A stretch of 64,000 bases of DNA from positions 126,105 through 190,104 of the forward strand of contig JANOQV010000184.1 of the NCBI GenBank assembly GCA_031414955.1, given 5' to 3'. This document shows positions 18,701 to 27,040 of the stretch, piece after piece (the stretch's first letter is position 1; each line of letters opens with the position of its first letter). A model generated the notes under the pieces. That model had not been told where the DNA came from and made no database searches. It saw nothing but the letters and a program-made list of their open reading frames with translations. Made by a program: the position numbers and the translations under genes. Source of the DNA: Pedosphaera sp. (lineage in GTDB: Bacteria > Verrucomicrobiota > Verrucomicrobiia > Limisphaerales > SIBH01).

Positions 18701-19479
18701 GCTCGCAGGTGCAGCCCATCGACGCCAAGGACAACGAGCCGGCGTTGCGTCCGTGCGAGGATCTCGCGCTGAACTTGACCATGGACGAGCGCGAGTGGCG
18801 CAAGGAAGGCAAGGTCGTGGTGGAGATCACCGCCAAGGGCCGGGGCGTGATTCCCTCCCAGCCGCAGATGTTCGACGTGGCGCGCGAAGGCTTCGACGTG
18901 GAGGTCACGGACAACGGCCTGTCGGTCACGCAGTTCATCAGCGACGGGAAAAAGAAAACCGCGCAGGCGGATCGCGGCTGGCAGATCACTTACAAGCGGA
19001 AGAAGGATTTGCGCGGCGACGTGACGCTGAAGTTTCCCGCCCTCAAGTCCGGCATCACGACGACCAACGTGGAGTACAAGCATTACCAGGACGCTGATCT
19101 CGTGGCGGTGGACGCGAAGCAGGCGCTGGCCGGCGTGACGCTGCGCAGCGGCGGCAGTTCGGCGGCGCGAACCGTGGCCATTACAGTGGGCCTGGCCGTG
19201 CTGGCCGTGGGCGCGTTTGTGTTCCTGCGCAAACGTCCGCAGCAAACCAAAGCCATCGGCGGTCTTACCGTGCCGGAACAAATCACGCCCTTCTCCGTGG
19301 TCGCGTTCCTGCGCCGCATCCAGCGTGAATACGCCGCCCGGTTGGACGAAGGTTCGCGCGCCGCCCTCGGCACGCAGATTCGGGAGATCGAGTCCGCCTT
19401 CTTCAGCGGCGCGACTCCGGCGGGGAATTCTCCGGACCTTGAAGCTGTGGCGCGCAAGTGGATGCAATCGGTGGGGTGA
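15766..19479 (+). CDS. Large exported protein with C-terminal TM (BatD position)
   Basis: 1237-aa ORF with strong host codon bias, signal peptide, C-terminal anchor (AITVGLAVLAVGAFVFL). Confidence 0.8.
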   Translation: MNTKLFITVGAVLLYLPVTRVAAQTTAAPATVQIAVPVTALRAVTTAAPIAAAKKATNSSEAMPPELTNAIHVMSFDRSSESLFEAVKSQQSGGKLSESEKFRLALLLGDWKSIGVALKTLPEEDANTAYARLLESLTTNSQSASQFFQQQAARSASSITYDENGNPMAAAAPGPSTRRGLFLSDDFYAVLDAAPADLTASHIPSVTSLVRTAIGNGGKQDFLVRLQKGLKGIGGTNAPGKKLASQLLSSVGWMSDAGPYLPLDRSEWDSADTLTLVLTMEFFTQTGVEKRDERQLKKAAEMCAFMMQTSRFGSSDRGVFKQATDRFVKLLPALEPADAEQLIRENFLTQTPLMIDLILALGDAGHQTLRSSDLRAREQSLATQNILMRVLEGKKAALPEAVNVLVMNWLGEAEQTYRSGGRNQEQNMIDSDYYIYRSVATTARPKTLAPDVILSRAPSATLTKRLNQGLAQRVNLTTLKVTLLNPTEMTLETLKSYLKEHPGQEKELCQDYLAAWVKKRMVQPEDPNILRMRLLGYNVAKPPTSGIPLTRLRQNQNVAEFKTMLAALRAMSPEPIEPGTVIQSFMTIHSGAEVYRLEDIEAIFGPPEKMSRAELMNLVTGMRTKLREQWRDQQAQQDAGSNRTETETKDEVSRGYRTALELVKRGLKPEDAEWKEFIVRGQLFFDASEYEFSRQIKLGDYVNLRDEAFGSYKKASEIYAGKVPEMPKGQWTMEPYQMWFFVMLGASDLSQLTRAAARSDPGLKLIGDAMRALPGEAAEGHLTKFGEMLGSVLGQVPANMKQKFLGAGLQVVGESHPSAKVASAALGNYKELVDEVQLRLAVDGPTRVGHTQPFGAFVSIEHTRQLARESGGFGKYLQNLQSQQRNIIYYGNAGQKAINYRDEFTKNIHAALDETFEVASITFQDAGVKEIDLPREGWQETPMAYLVLRAKDAAVDRVPSFQLDMDFSDTAGQVVLPIRSQVQPIDAKDNEPALRPCEDLALNLTMDEREWRKEGKVVVEITAKGRGVIPSQPQMFDVAREGFDVEVTDNGLSVTQFISDGKKKTAQADRGWQITYKRKKDLRGDVTLKFPALKSGITTTNVEYKHYQDADLVAVDAKQALAGVTLRSGGSSAARTVAITVGLAVLAVGAFVFLRKRPQQTKAIGGLTVPEQITPFSVVAFLRRIQREYAARLDEGSRAALGTQIREIESAFFSGATPAGNSPDLEAVARKWMQSVG

Positions 19480-19485
19480 ATCCGT

Positions 19486-19596
19486 CGGCGCGCGGACTTT
19501 CCAGTCCGCAGCAACGCGGGGCGACCGGAGACCTCGGCGTGGACGGGCACGGCCTGACTTTTGAGGGTTGCTGCGGGCTGGAAAGCCCGCGCGCCG
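19486..19596. repeat. REP doublet class C
   Basis: GGCGCGCGGACTTTCCAGTCCGCAGCAAC ... GTTGCTGCGGGCTGGAAAGCCCGCGCGCC inverted pair, each half a hairpin. Confidence 0.85.
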
Positions 19597-19647
19597 TTGC
19601 ATGTTGCGCTCGCATCTCACCCTGGTTTCTCCCACTCTCCCTCCACC

Positions 19648-20427
19648 ATGCGGCTCAAGGATAAATCACTCGTCATCATCGGCGGCACGACCGGGCTGGG
19701 ACTCTCGGCGGCCCGGGCCTTCGTCGCGGAGGGCGCACGCGTCGTGGTGATTGGGCGAAACCCGGCCACCGTCGAGGCCGCGGGAAAGGAACTCGGATCC
19801 CAATCGCTCGCCTTGCAGGGCGACGCCAGCGACCCCCAATGCGCGCCCGTGGCGATTCAGAAGGCGCTGGCCGAGTTCGGCGCTTTTCACGGCCTCTACC
19901 ATGTCGCCGGTGGCAGCGGGCGAAAGTTCGGCGACGGACCTTTGCACGAAATCTCCGATGAGGGTTGGAGCCACACCCTGAACGAAAACCTCACCTCCCT
20001 CTTCAACTCCAACCGCGCGGCGGTGCAGCAATTCCTCAAGCAGGGCACGGGCGGCACGGTTTTGAACATGGGTTCAGTGCTGGGTTTCTCGCCCTCGCCG
20101 AAGTTCTTCGCCACCCACGCCTACGCCACGGCCAAGGCCGCCATCATCGGGTTGACCACGGCGGCGGCGGCGCACTACGCCCCGCAGAACATCCGCTTCA
20201 ATGTCCTCGCCCCGGCCCTTGTGGCCACGCCGATGTCCCAGCTCGCGCAGGGCGACGAGGCCATCATGCAATTCATCCGCGCCAAGCAACCGCTTGACGG
20301 CGGGCGCATCGGACAGCCGGAGGACCTCGACTCGGCGGCGGTGTTCTTCATGAGCGATGAATCCAAGTTCGCCACCGGCCAGGTGCTGGCCATCGACGGC
20401 GGCTGGTCGGTGAGCGAGGGACATTGA
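19648..20427 (+). CDS. SDR family oxidoreductase
   Basis: GGTTGLG, YATAK, N.LAP, IGQPED, TGQVLAIDGG. Confidence 0.93.
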   Translation: MRLKDKSLVIIGGTTGLGLSAARAFVAEGARVVVIGRNPATVEAAGKELGSQSLALQGDASDPQCAPVAIQKALAEFGAFHGLYHVAGGSGRKFGDGPLHEISDEGWSHTLNENLTSLFNSNRAAVQQFLKQGTGGTVLNMGSVLGFSPSPKFFATHAYATAKAAIIGLTTAAAAHYAPQNIRFNVLAPALVATPMSQLAQGDEAIMQFIRAKQPLDGGRIGQPEDLDSAAVFFMSDESKFATGQVLAIDGGWSVSEGH

Positions 20428-20651
20428 CCGGGTCGCGCCGGTGGAACGGCGGAACGACGGAGGAAAGGGAAGGACACGAGGCGGGTTCCGAACGTCGCTT
20501 CCGTTTCCGCGTGGATCACCGGCCTCGCCCGGGTAGCGGTACCTCCTGTTTTTCCAATGTTCGTCTCACTTGTCCGAGGGGCGCGGTGGCGGCGGCCTGG
20601 GTGCGCAGGGTTGCGAGGAGTTGGAGGAATCGCGCCGGGCTGGCGACTTGC

Positions 20652-20800
20652 GTGGCACCGACAACCAGCGTGGGGCGGCTACCAGCCCGAAAGAATGGGA
20701 GGGTCCTCAAAACATTCCACGCGCGTTGAATCTTCCGTTGTCGTTCCTGTTGCGTCCGGTTGGTAGCCGGACGGGACCGGGCTGGTCGTCCCTGCTATCC
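20652..20800. repeat. Degenerate palindromic repeat (GGCTACCAGCCC ... GGTTGGTAGCC)
   Basis: Imperfect inverted pair in the convergent intergenic region. Confidence 0.4.
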
Positions 20801-20823
20801 GTCCCTCTTTGCGTTCTCGACCG

Positions 20824-21381
20824 TCAATCCTTCCGCAGTTCCTCGAGCAGCCACGCCCGGGCGTAGGCCCAGGTGCGCTTGGCGGTGCGCTCGGAAAGGC
20901 CGAGCATCTGGGCGGCTTCCACATTCGGCAGGCCGGCGAAGAAGCGAAGCTTGATCAAGTCGGCGCTGACCTTGTCGCGGGCGGCGAGTTTGTCGAGCGC
21001 CTCGCTGACGGCGAGCACGGTGGCGTCGTCGCTGGTGGCGGCCAGGTCGAGGTCGGTCCAATCGACGCGCAGCAATTCTCCGCCGTGCTTCACCGCCTTC
21101 TTGCGCCGGGCGTTGTCCACGAGGATACGGCGCATGGCTTCCGCCGCCGCGCCGAAGAAGTGGGCGCGGTTCTCGAAGCGCGCCTCACCGTGGTCATCCA
21201 CGAGGCGAAGCCAGGCTTCATGCACAAGCGCGGTGGCTTGCAACGTCTGGCCAGGTTGCTCGTGCGCCATCTTCGCGGCGGCGATACGGCGGAGTTCGTC
21301 ATAGACCAGCGGCAACAATTCAGCGGCAGCCACGCTGTTTCCCTGGGCAGCGGCGGTGAGGAGAAGGGTAACGTGGGTCAT
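20824..21381 (-). CDS. ECF sigma-70 factor, TIGR02999 (Planctomycete/Verrucomicrobia) type
   Basis: VTLLL..A..G, LLPLVYDELRRIA, TLQATALVHEAWLRL, AAAEAMRRILVD.AR, W.YARAWL. Confidence 0.93.
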   Translation of the reverse strand: MTHVTLLLTAAAQGNSVAAAELLPLVYDELRRIAAAKMAHEQPGQTLQATALVHEAWLRLVDDHGEARFENRAHFFGAAAEAMRRILVDNARRKKAVKHGGELLRVDWTDLDLAATSDDATVLAVSEALDKLAARDKVSADLIKLRFFAGLPNVEAAQMLGLSERTAKRTWAYARAWLLEELRKD

Positions 21382-21426
21382 GGGGCGGAAGTGGCGGGAC
21401 GAAAGAGGCAAAGGGGAGGGCAAAGC

Positions 21427-21495
21427 GGAGCGCCGAGCCTCGTTCGGCTGGGGCGGAGTTCATCGGGTCTCCGGCCGGGCGATATTCGGCGCTCC
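21427..21495. repeat. REP doublet class B (diverged copy)
   Basis: GGAGCGCCGAGCCTCGTTCGGC ... GCCGGGCGATATTCGGCGCTCC. Confidence 0.75.
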
Positions 21496-21531
21496 AAACT
21501 CTGCTCCCATTCAGCTCCGCTTGCTGGGACG

Positions 21532-24114
21532 TCAAGGTTTGGGAGTTTCCTTGAACGTGGCGTCATGGGGCTTGGATTTCACCGCTACTGGCTCGCGGGT
21601 TTTGGCGAAGGGCACCTTGGTCAACTGGTGCTGCACGGCCAGTTCATCGAGGAAGGCCACGAGGAGTCGTTGCAGGATGCGCTTCTCGCTCTCGAAGTAG
21701 AGGCCGAGCAGGGGCAGGGTGAGCAGGAGCATCCAAAGCCACGGCAGCGTCGAGACCATCACGCCGATGAGCAGGAGTTCGAGTCCGCAGGCCGACCAGA
21801 AGAGCAGCTTGGCCGGCAAGGACCAGCCCGCGGCCAGCCGGCAGTGAAAGAGCTGGTGTCCTTTTTCGACGGCCTCGGCCACGGTGGCGATTTGCAGCCG
21901 GCTCCAGCGCGTGCCCTGGATTTCGACGTCGAATTCGTCCCAGCCCGTGTCGGGTTTGTGCTGCCACTTCTCTTCCTCCAGTTTCGCGATGAGGGCATAC
22001 ACCCAGGTGAGGCGATCCATGCCGGTGTGGCACCAGTACTGGACTTCGTCGAGGGGTTCGCCGCGATCCATCTCGGTGAAAGTGTTGATGCGGCGGAAGG
22101 CGTGGCCGGGCGTGGTGTTGATGCGGAGCCGGCCTTCGTAGCGCGCCCAGCCGCGCGCGATGGGCTGGAGAAAGCAGAGCAGGGCCACGAGCGGCCGGGA
22201 CCAGAGTCGTTGCTGGTTCCGGTCGAGCTGGACCTGGGAAGCGGCGGCGACGCACACACCTGTTGACACGCCGAACATGGTCGCGGCCAGCGGCCACAGG
22301 AAGGTGAACGGCACCGAGAGCACCAAGAGCGGAAGCGTGATCAGGACGTGAAATTCCAGGGATGTCGCCAGCATCAGTCCGAAGGCGGGCGGCGGCGAGT
22401 AGAGTGTCTGGAAAAGCGCGCCGCCGAATGGCCCGTGGTAAATGACCGAGCGCCGCACCACCACGCCCATGTTGGAGGGGCTGTAGATGCGGCCGCGCCA
22501 GATGCTCGCGCCGGAGGAGTTGAAATACTCCGGATGCTTGGTCAGGAGCAGCGCCTCGGCCTCGCCGTAGCCAGCCTGCTGTTTCAAATACGCTTTCACC
22601 GTCGAGCGCCGGTAATGCCAGACGAAGCCCGCCGGGCTGAACCCGATGCGATGGCCGCATTGCTGGAGCCGCCAGCACACGTCCACGTCATCGCCGGCCT
22701 TGCGGTAGATGGGATCGAAGCCGGCGATTTCGTCCAGAGCCCATTTGTAGAAGGCCATGTTGCAACCAGGGATGTGCTCGGCCTCGCGGTCGTTCAACAT
22801 CACATGGGCCGGGCCGCCCGGCGAAACCATCACCGCCGCCGCCACGAGCGAATCTTCCGGCGGCAGGAAATTATGGCCGCCGATGCCGGCGAAGTCGCTG
22901 CTCAACAAATCGCCGATGAGGTAGTGCAGCCAGTCCTCATCGGCGCGGCAGTCTGAGTCGGTGAAAGCCACCACTTCACCCAGCGCGGCCTTGATGCCGG
23001 TGTTGCGCGCGACGGAAAGACCTTTGTTCTCCTGAAAAATGTACCGGACGCGCGGATGATCGGACGCGATGCGGCAGGAGGAATCCGTCGAGCCGTCATC
23101 CACGAGGATGACCTCGTAGTCGGGATAATTGAGCCGCTCCAGCGACGCGAGGCAGATCTCCAGCGTGCGCGCGCCATTGTAGCTCGCGACCACGACCGAG
23201 ACTTTTGGATAGGACGGCAGCGGAAAGTGTGGTGCCCTGCGGAAGGCGTTCTGCACGACGATGAAGGAATCCTTCGGCGACCGGTCACGCGCGGTCAGCC
23301 CCATCGTCCAGTCTTCGACCTGCGACCCATTGCGGAACCAGTCGTCGGTGAAGCTGAAGATGATCAGCCCGGCCAGGCCGCGCCGGAATCCCACCTCGAT
23401 TTGCCAGGCGAGAATCTCGCACTTGTGCGCCTCGCCTTCCCGGCCCGAATCGATGCCGGTCTCGCCGATGATGAGCGGCTTGGTGTCCGCAATCATCTGG
23501 AGGCGGGCCAGGTAGTTTTCGTAGGCGCGGCGCTGGTGCAGATAAATGTTGAAGCAGTGGAAATCGACGTTCTGCGGGCGGAGAAATTCCGTGGGCGGAA
23601 AGTTGCCGAAGGTGCAGAGGCAGTCCGGATCGATCCCCTTCGCCTCGTGGATCAGCTCTTCGATGAACTCGGCCACGCGCCGGGCCCCGCTCCAGCGCAC
23701 GATGTCGCTGGCGATTTCATTGACCACGCTGAGGGCGAACACCGCCGGGTGGCGGGCGCAGAGCGCGGCGGCGTGGCGCACGGCGGTTCGGGCCTCCTCC
23801 CGCAAATTCTCCGAGTCGAGAAAGCAGCGGTCCTTCCGCCAGGGCACGTCCACCAGCACCTTCAGCCCGTGTTCCTGCGCGAGGTCGAGAAACCAGGCTG
23901 GCGGGACGTAGTAAATCCGCACCAGGTTGGCCCCCAACTCGCGGATCTGGGCCAGGTCCAGCTTGGTCTGGTCGTGCGAGGCGAAGTGTTCGCCGGCGGA
24001 ATTTGGGGCAAACGGGCCATAAGTCACGCCCTTGGGCAGAAACTTATTCTCCCCCAGGCGAAAAAACTTTCCGTCCACGCGGACGCGCGCAGGAGTGGTG
24101 CTGGTGGTCATCAA
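21532..24114 (-). CDS. Fusion of an N-terminal glycoside-hydrolase-like TIM barrel with a GT2 glycosyltransferase and C-terminal TMs
   Basis: KGVTYGPF, GANLVRIY, VVNE, IGETG; then VSVVV.SYN, VDDGSTD, FTDSD, GCNMAF, GDDVD.CWRL, QQ.GYG. Confidence 0.85.
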   Translation of the reverse strand: MMTTSTTPARVRVDGKFFRLGENKFLPKGVTYGPFAPNSAGEHFASHDQTKLDLAQIRELGANLVRIYYVPPAWFLDLAQEHGLKVLVDVPWRKDRCFLDSENLREEARTAVRHAAALCARHPAVFALSVVNEIASDIVRWSGARRVAEFIEELIHEAKGIDPDCLCTFGNFPPTEFLRPQNVDFHCFNIYLHQRRAYENYLARLQMIADTKPLIIGETGIDSGREGEAHKCEILAWQIEVGFRRGLAGLIIFSFTDDWFRNGSQVEDWTMGLTARDRSPKDSFIVVQNAFRRAPHFPLPSYPKVSVVVASYNGARTLEICLASLERLNYPDYEVILVDDGSTDSSCRIASDHPRVRYIFQENKGLSVARNTGIKAALGEVVAFTDSDCRADEDWLHYLIGDLLSSDFAGIGGHNFLPPEDSLVAAAVMVSPGGPAHVMLNDREAEHIPGCNMAFYKWALDEIAGFDPIYRKAGDDVDVCWRLQQCGHRIGFSPAGFVWHYRRSTVKAYLKQQAGYGEAEALLLTKHPEYFNSSGASIWRGRIYSPSNMGVVVRRSVIYHGPFGGALFQTLYSPPPAFGLMLATSLEFHVLITLPLLVLSVPFTFLWPLAATMFGVSTGVCVAAASQVQLDRNQQRLWSRPLVALLCFLQPIARGWARYEGRLRINTTPGHAFRRINTFTEMDRGEPLDEVQYWCHTGMDRLTWVYALIAKLEEEKWQHKPDTGWDEFDVEIQGTRWSRLQIATVAEAVEKGHQLFHCRLAAGWSLPAKLLFWSACGLELLLIGVMVSTLPWLWMLLLTLPLLGLYFESEKRILQRLLVAFLDELAVQHQLTKVPFAKTREPVAVKSKPHDATFKETPKP

Positions 24115-24207
24115 CCTAATGGATCGCGAGACGCGAGTCGTTCATCACGCGGCTGATACCAAAGGAGCAAGTAGTTGGCAAGAGAGCCGCAGGTGGCCCG
24201 GACAGGC

Positions 24208-25917
24208 TCACTTGCCCTGGAGTCGTGTGGCCTCGGCGAAAGCCGTCCGGGCCGCGTCGTCCTGGCCGAGTTTGGCCAGGGTGAGCCCGAGGTTGTGGTG
24301 GGCGGTGGCGTTGCTGGCGTTCAATTGAATGGCCCCGCGGAAATGTTCCACCGCGCTCTCGAACTGCCCGAGTCCCCCCAACGTCACCGCATAGTTCTCG
24401 CGGATCGCGGCCAGCTTGGGATTCAGCCGCAGAGCTTCGCGATAGTGCGGCAGGGACTCAGTCAACATCCGATGCTCCGACAGCACATCGGCCAGGGCAG
24501 CATGGGCATCGGCGGAAGCTGGATCGGCTTGCAAGGCGGCGCGGAAGCACTCCGCCGCCCGTTCATCCTGGCCACGCTTGCGGTACTCGAATCCGAGCAG
24601 GACATCCTGCGGGGCGCGCAGCGGATGCGCCTTCAGGGTTGTCGTCACATGGGTCAACAAGGTCTGGCGATTTCGCCAATGCGAGGCCTGCTGGAAACTC
24701 AGGACGCCACAGATCGCCAGGACCGCGCCGCACAGGGCAAGGCTCGCCCTCCGTTCCCGGCGCGGCCAGATGCGCACCAGCAACGCCGCCACCACCAGCG
24801 ACCACAGCACACCCGGGATGTAGCTGTAGCGATCGTTGGGATGATGTGGGTGCTGGCTCAAGCCCAGCATGGGCACGAGCAGGATGAGGTAGGCCGCCCA
24901 AATGGCGGCGGCTCCGGACCAGTGCTGCCGCCGCACGAACAATGCGGCGCTCAACAAAATGATGGTCAGGGCGCTCAGGAGAAAAGGCCAGCTCCACGGA
25001 TCAAAGGTCATCAAGTCGGTGTACATCGGGGCGAGATGGAAAGGCCACCAGGTCTTCCACAGATACGCGGCCCACACGAAAAACGCCTGCATGGCCCTGG
25101 GAACAAGGCCGAACTCATCCAGCGACACCAGGGGAACAAAGGTTCTGGAGTGTGTTTTTGCCCACATGGTTGCCGCGACGATGAGGAATGCGGAAAGAAC
25201 GAAGGGCACTTTTTCCCACCAGACCCGCCGCGCGTCCACGCCCCACAAGCCGGCCTTGCTGAACTCCAGTCGCCGCAGCGGATAAAAATCCAACAAGACA
25301 AAAACGACGACCAATCCCAGCGCGATGGGATAGGTGAACAGGGAGGCGAGAAAACAGCCGGCCGACAGCCCCAACCAGAGCTTTCGTCCCGGCCCGGCGG
25401 CATGACGCAAGTAGCACCAGGCCGCGCTGAAGGCCAGGCACGAGGCGACGCAGTAGATGCGGGCCGAGGCCCACGCGACCGGTTCGGCGCGCAACGGATG
25501 GATCGCCCAGAACAGCGTGCCCACGGTCGCCGCGACCAGCCAGGCGCGGGAATCCAGCGGGCGGTGGCGGGCGGTGGCATCCAATTGCAGGAGCCGTTTC
25601 AACAAGGCAAAGACCAGCAGGGCATTCAGACAGTGGAGCAACAAGTTCCCGACGTGGTAGGTGGTCGGATTGAATTCCCCGGCCAGGGCATAATCCACGG
25701 CCAGCGAAAGCCAGCCCAGCGGCATGTAGCGCGGGATGTAGCTCGTGTCGGTGAACATCCAGCGCAGGGACTCGGCCGTGAGACCGCGGATGTGCGGGTT
25801 CTCGTAGATGTTCATGCCATCGTCCCAATGCACGAAGTCCGCCTGGCGCACCGTCGAAAAGACCGTGAGCGTGAGGGTGAGGATCAGGGCAATTAAATAT
25901 CGATTGAGCCGGCGCAC
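24208..25917 (-). CDS. TMTC-like GT-C membrane glycosyltransferase with C-terminal TPRs
   Basis: FVHWDD...N, YMPL, YH..NLLLH.LN, HPLRAEPVAW.S.R, DRYSY, W.N, TPRs. GTG 25917 follows GGAGG. Confidence 0.85.
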   Translation of the reverse strand: MRRLNRYLIALILTLTLTVFSTVRQADFVHWDDGMNIYENPHIRGLTAESLRWMFTDTSYIPRYMPLGWLSLAVDYALAGEFNPTTYHVGNLLLHCLNALLVFALLKRLLQLDATARHRPLDSRAWLVAATVGTLFWAIHPLRAEPVAWASARIYCVASCLAFSAAWCYLRHAAGPGRKLWLGLSAGCFLASLFTYPIALGLVVVFVLLDFYPLRRLEFSKAGLWGVDARRVWWEKVPFVLSAFLIVAATMWAKTHSRTFVPLVSLDEFGLVPRAMQAFFVWAAYLWKTWWPFHLAPMYTDLMTFDPWSWPFLLSALTIILLSAALFVRRQHWSGAAAIWAAYLILLVPMLGLSQHPHHPNDRYSYIPGVLWSLVVAALLVRIWPRRERRASLALCGAVLAICGVLSFQQASHWRNRQTLLTHVTTTLKAHPLRAPQDVLLGFEYRKRGQDERAAECFRAALQADPASADAHAALADVLSEHRMLTESLPHYREALRLNPKLAAIRENYAVTLGGLGQFESAVEHFRGAIQLNASNATAHHNLGLTLAKLGQDDAARTAFAEATRLQGK

Positions 25918-25935
25918 CGCCGCATCCTCCGCCGC

Positions 25936-26301
25936 GTGCTGGCCCGAGCCATCAAGTTTAGCGCCGTGGGTTTGGGGGTTTGCGCCCTCGATTTCGCGGT
26001 CCTCGCGCTCTTGCAGCACGCCGTGCCGCGCCTCGTGGCTGTCTCGCTCGCCTACTTCCTCGCCGTGAGTGCTCATTTCTGTTTGAACAAATGGTGGGTG
26101 TTTGCCGCGCAGACAAATGTGCGCGCCACGGAACTGGGCCGGTACGTGCTGGTCGTGATGCTCTGCTGGCTCTGCACCGTGGCGGTGGTCGGGCTGGCGC
26201 TGGCGCTCGTGACCGGTTCGGTTTTTGTGGCCAAGCTGCTGGCCATTCCTCCCACGACGATTTTGGGGTTTGTCCTCATGCGACGGTTTGTTTTTCGGTG
26301 A
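25936..26301 (+). CDS. GtrA family flippase-like protein
   Basis: IKFSAVG...LDF, FCLNKWWVF, RY, AK.LAI, F.LMRRFVF; four TMs. Confidence 0.85.
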   Translation: MLARAIKFSAVGLGVCALDFAVLALLQHAVPRLVAVSLAYFLAVSAHFCLNKWWVFAAQTNVRATELGRYVLVVMLCWLCTVAVVGLALALVTGSVFVAKLLAIPPTTILGFVLMRRFVFR

Positions 26302-27040
26302 GTTTCCCGGCCGGGCGCGCTTTGGGCCTGAGGGTCAGGCCGATGCAGAGGTTCAAGGCGATCGAGCGCAGCCCGAGCGGGAAATGACTGCAATGGGTCA
26401 CCTCAAAGTGTTCGCCCAGTTCGCGCAGAATCTCGTGCGGCCGGTTGATGTGCTCGCGCTCGATGAACCAGCGATAGGATTGTTGGTAGCGCTTCTCAAA
26501 AATCCGTTGTGCGGAAATGCGCCGGGCCAGCCCATAGGCGAAACCGCCTTCGCAGGGAATCACCACCGACAGCACGCCGCGCTCCCGGTCGCACAGCCGG
26601 TGCATTTCGCGAATCGACGCCGGGAGATTCGGCAGGTGCTCCAGCACATGCACCGCAATGATGCGGTCGAAGTGGCCGTCCGCGAAATCCAGCCGCGCCT
26701 GGCAGTCGCCCACGCAAGCCTGGACCTGGGGAAAACGTGCGCGGATTTTCTCCGCCATGTTCTCGCGCAGTTCCAGCGCGTGGTAGTTCGACTCCTGCTC
26801 AGGAGAAAGCTTCTCGTAGGGGATGTGTCCGCCGATACCCGCGCCAATCTCCAGCGTGCGGAGGAAATTCTTCGGGGCGTGCTTCACGACATAGCCGTGA
26901 TTGAAGTCATCCACGATGCCGTAGCGATTGGGCAGCACCTCGTGCCAGTGGCGCATAAAGTCGTCACTGATCCGCTGCTGCTCGGGCGAGAGCGACGGGA
27001 TGAGCTTCGGCCAGATCGCGGGGCCAGCGAGCGCGCTCAT
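26276..27040 (-). CDS. Class I SAM-dependent methyltransferase
   Basis: LEIGAGIG, FD.II..HVLEH; ATGA-coupled to the upstream GT2. Confidence 0.88.
   Translation of the reverse strand: MSALAGPAIWPKLIPSLSPEQQRISDDFMRHWHEVLPNRYGIVDDFNHGYVVKHAPKNFLRTLEIGAGIGGHIPYEKLSPEQESNYHALELRENMAEKIRARFPQVQACVGDCQARLDFADGHFDRIIAVHVLEHLPNLPASIREMHRLCDRERGVLSVVIPCEGGFAYGLARRISAQRIFEKRYQQSYRWFIEREHINRPHEILRELGEHFEVTHCSHFPLGLRSIALNLCIGLTLRPKARPAGKLTEKQTVA

Noticed and set aside
25918..26076. ORF-track N-terminal extension of the GT-C gene to 26076
   Set aside because: It overlaps gtrA, and GTG 25917 has a good GGAGG RBS directly before the first TM.
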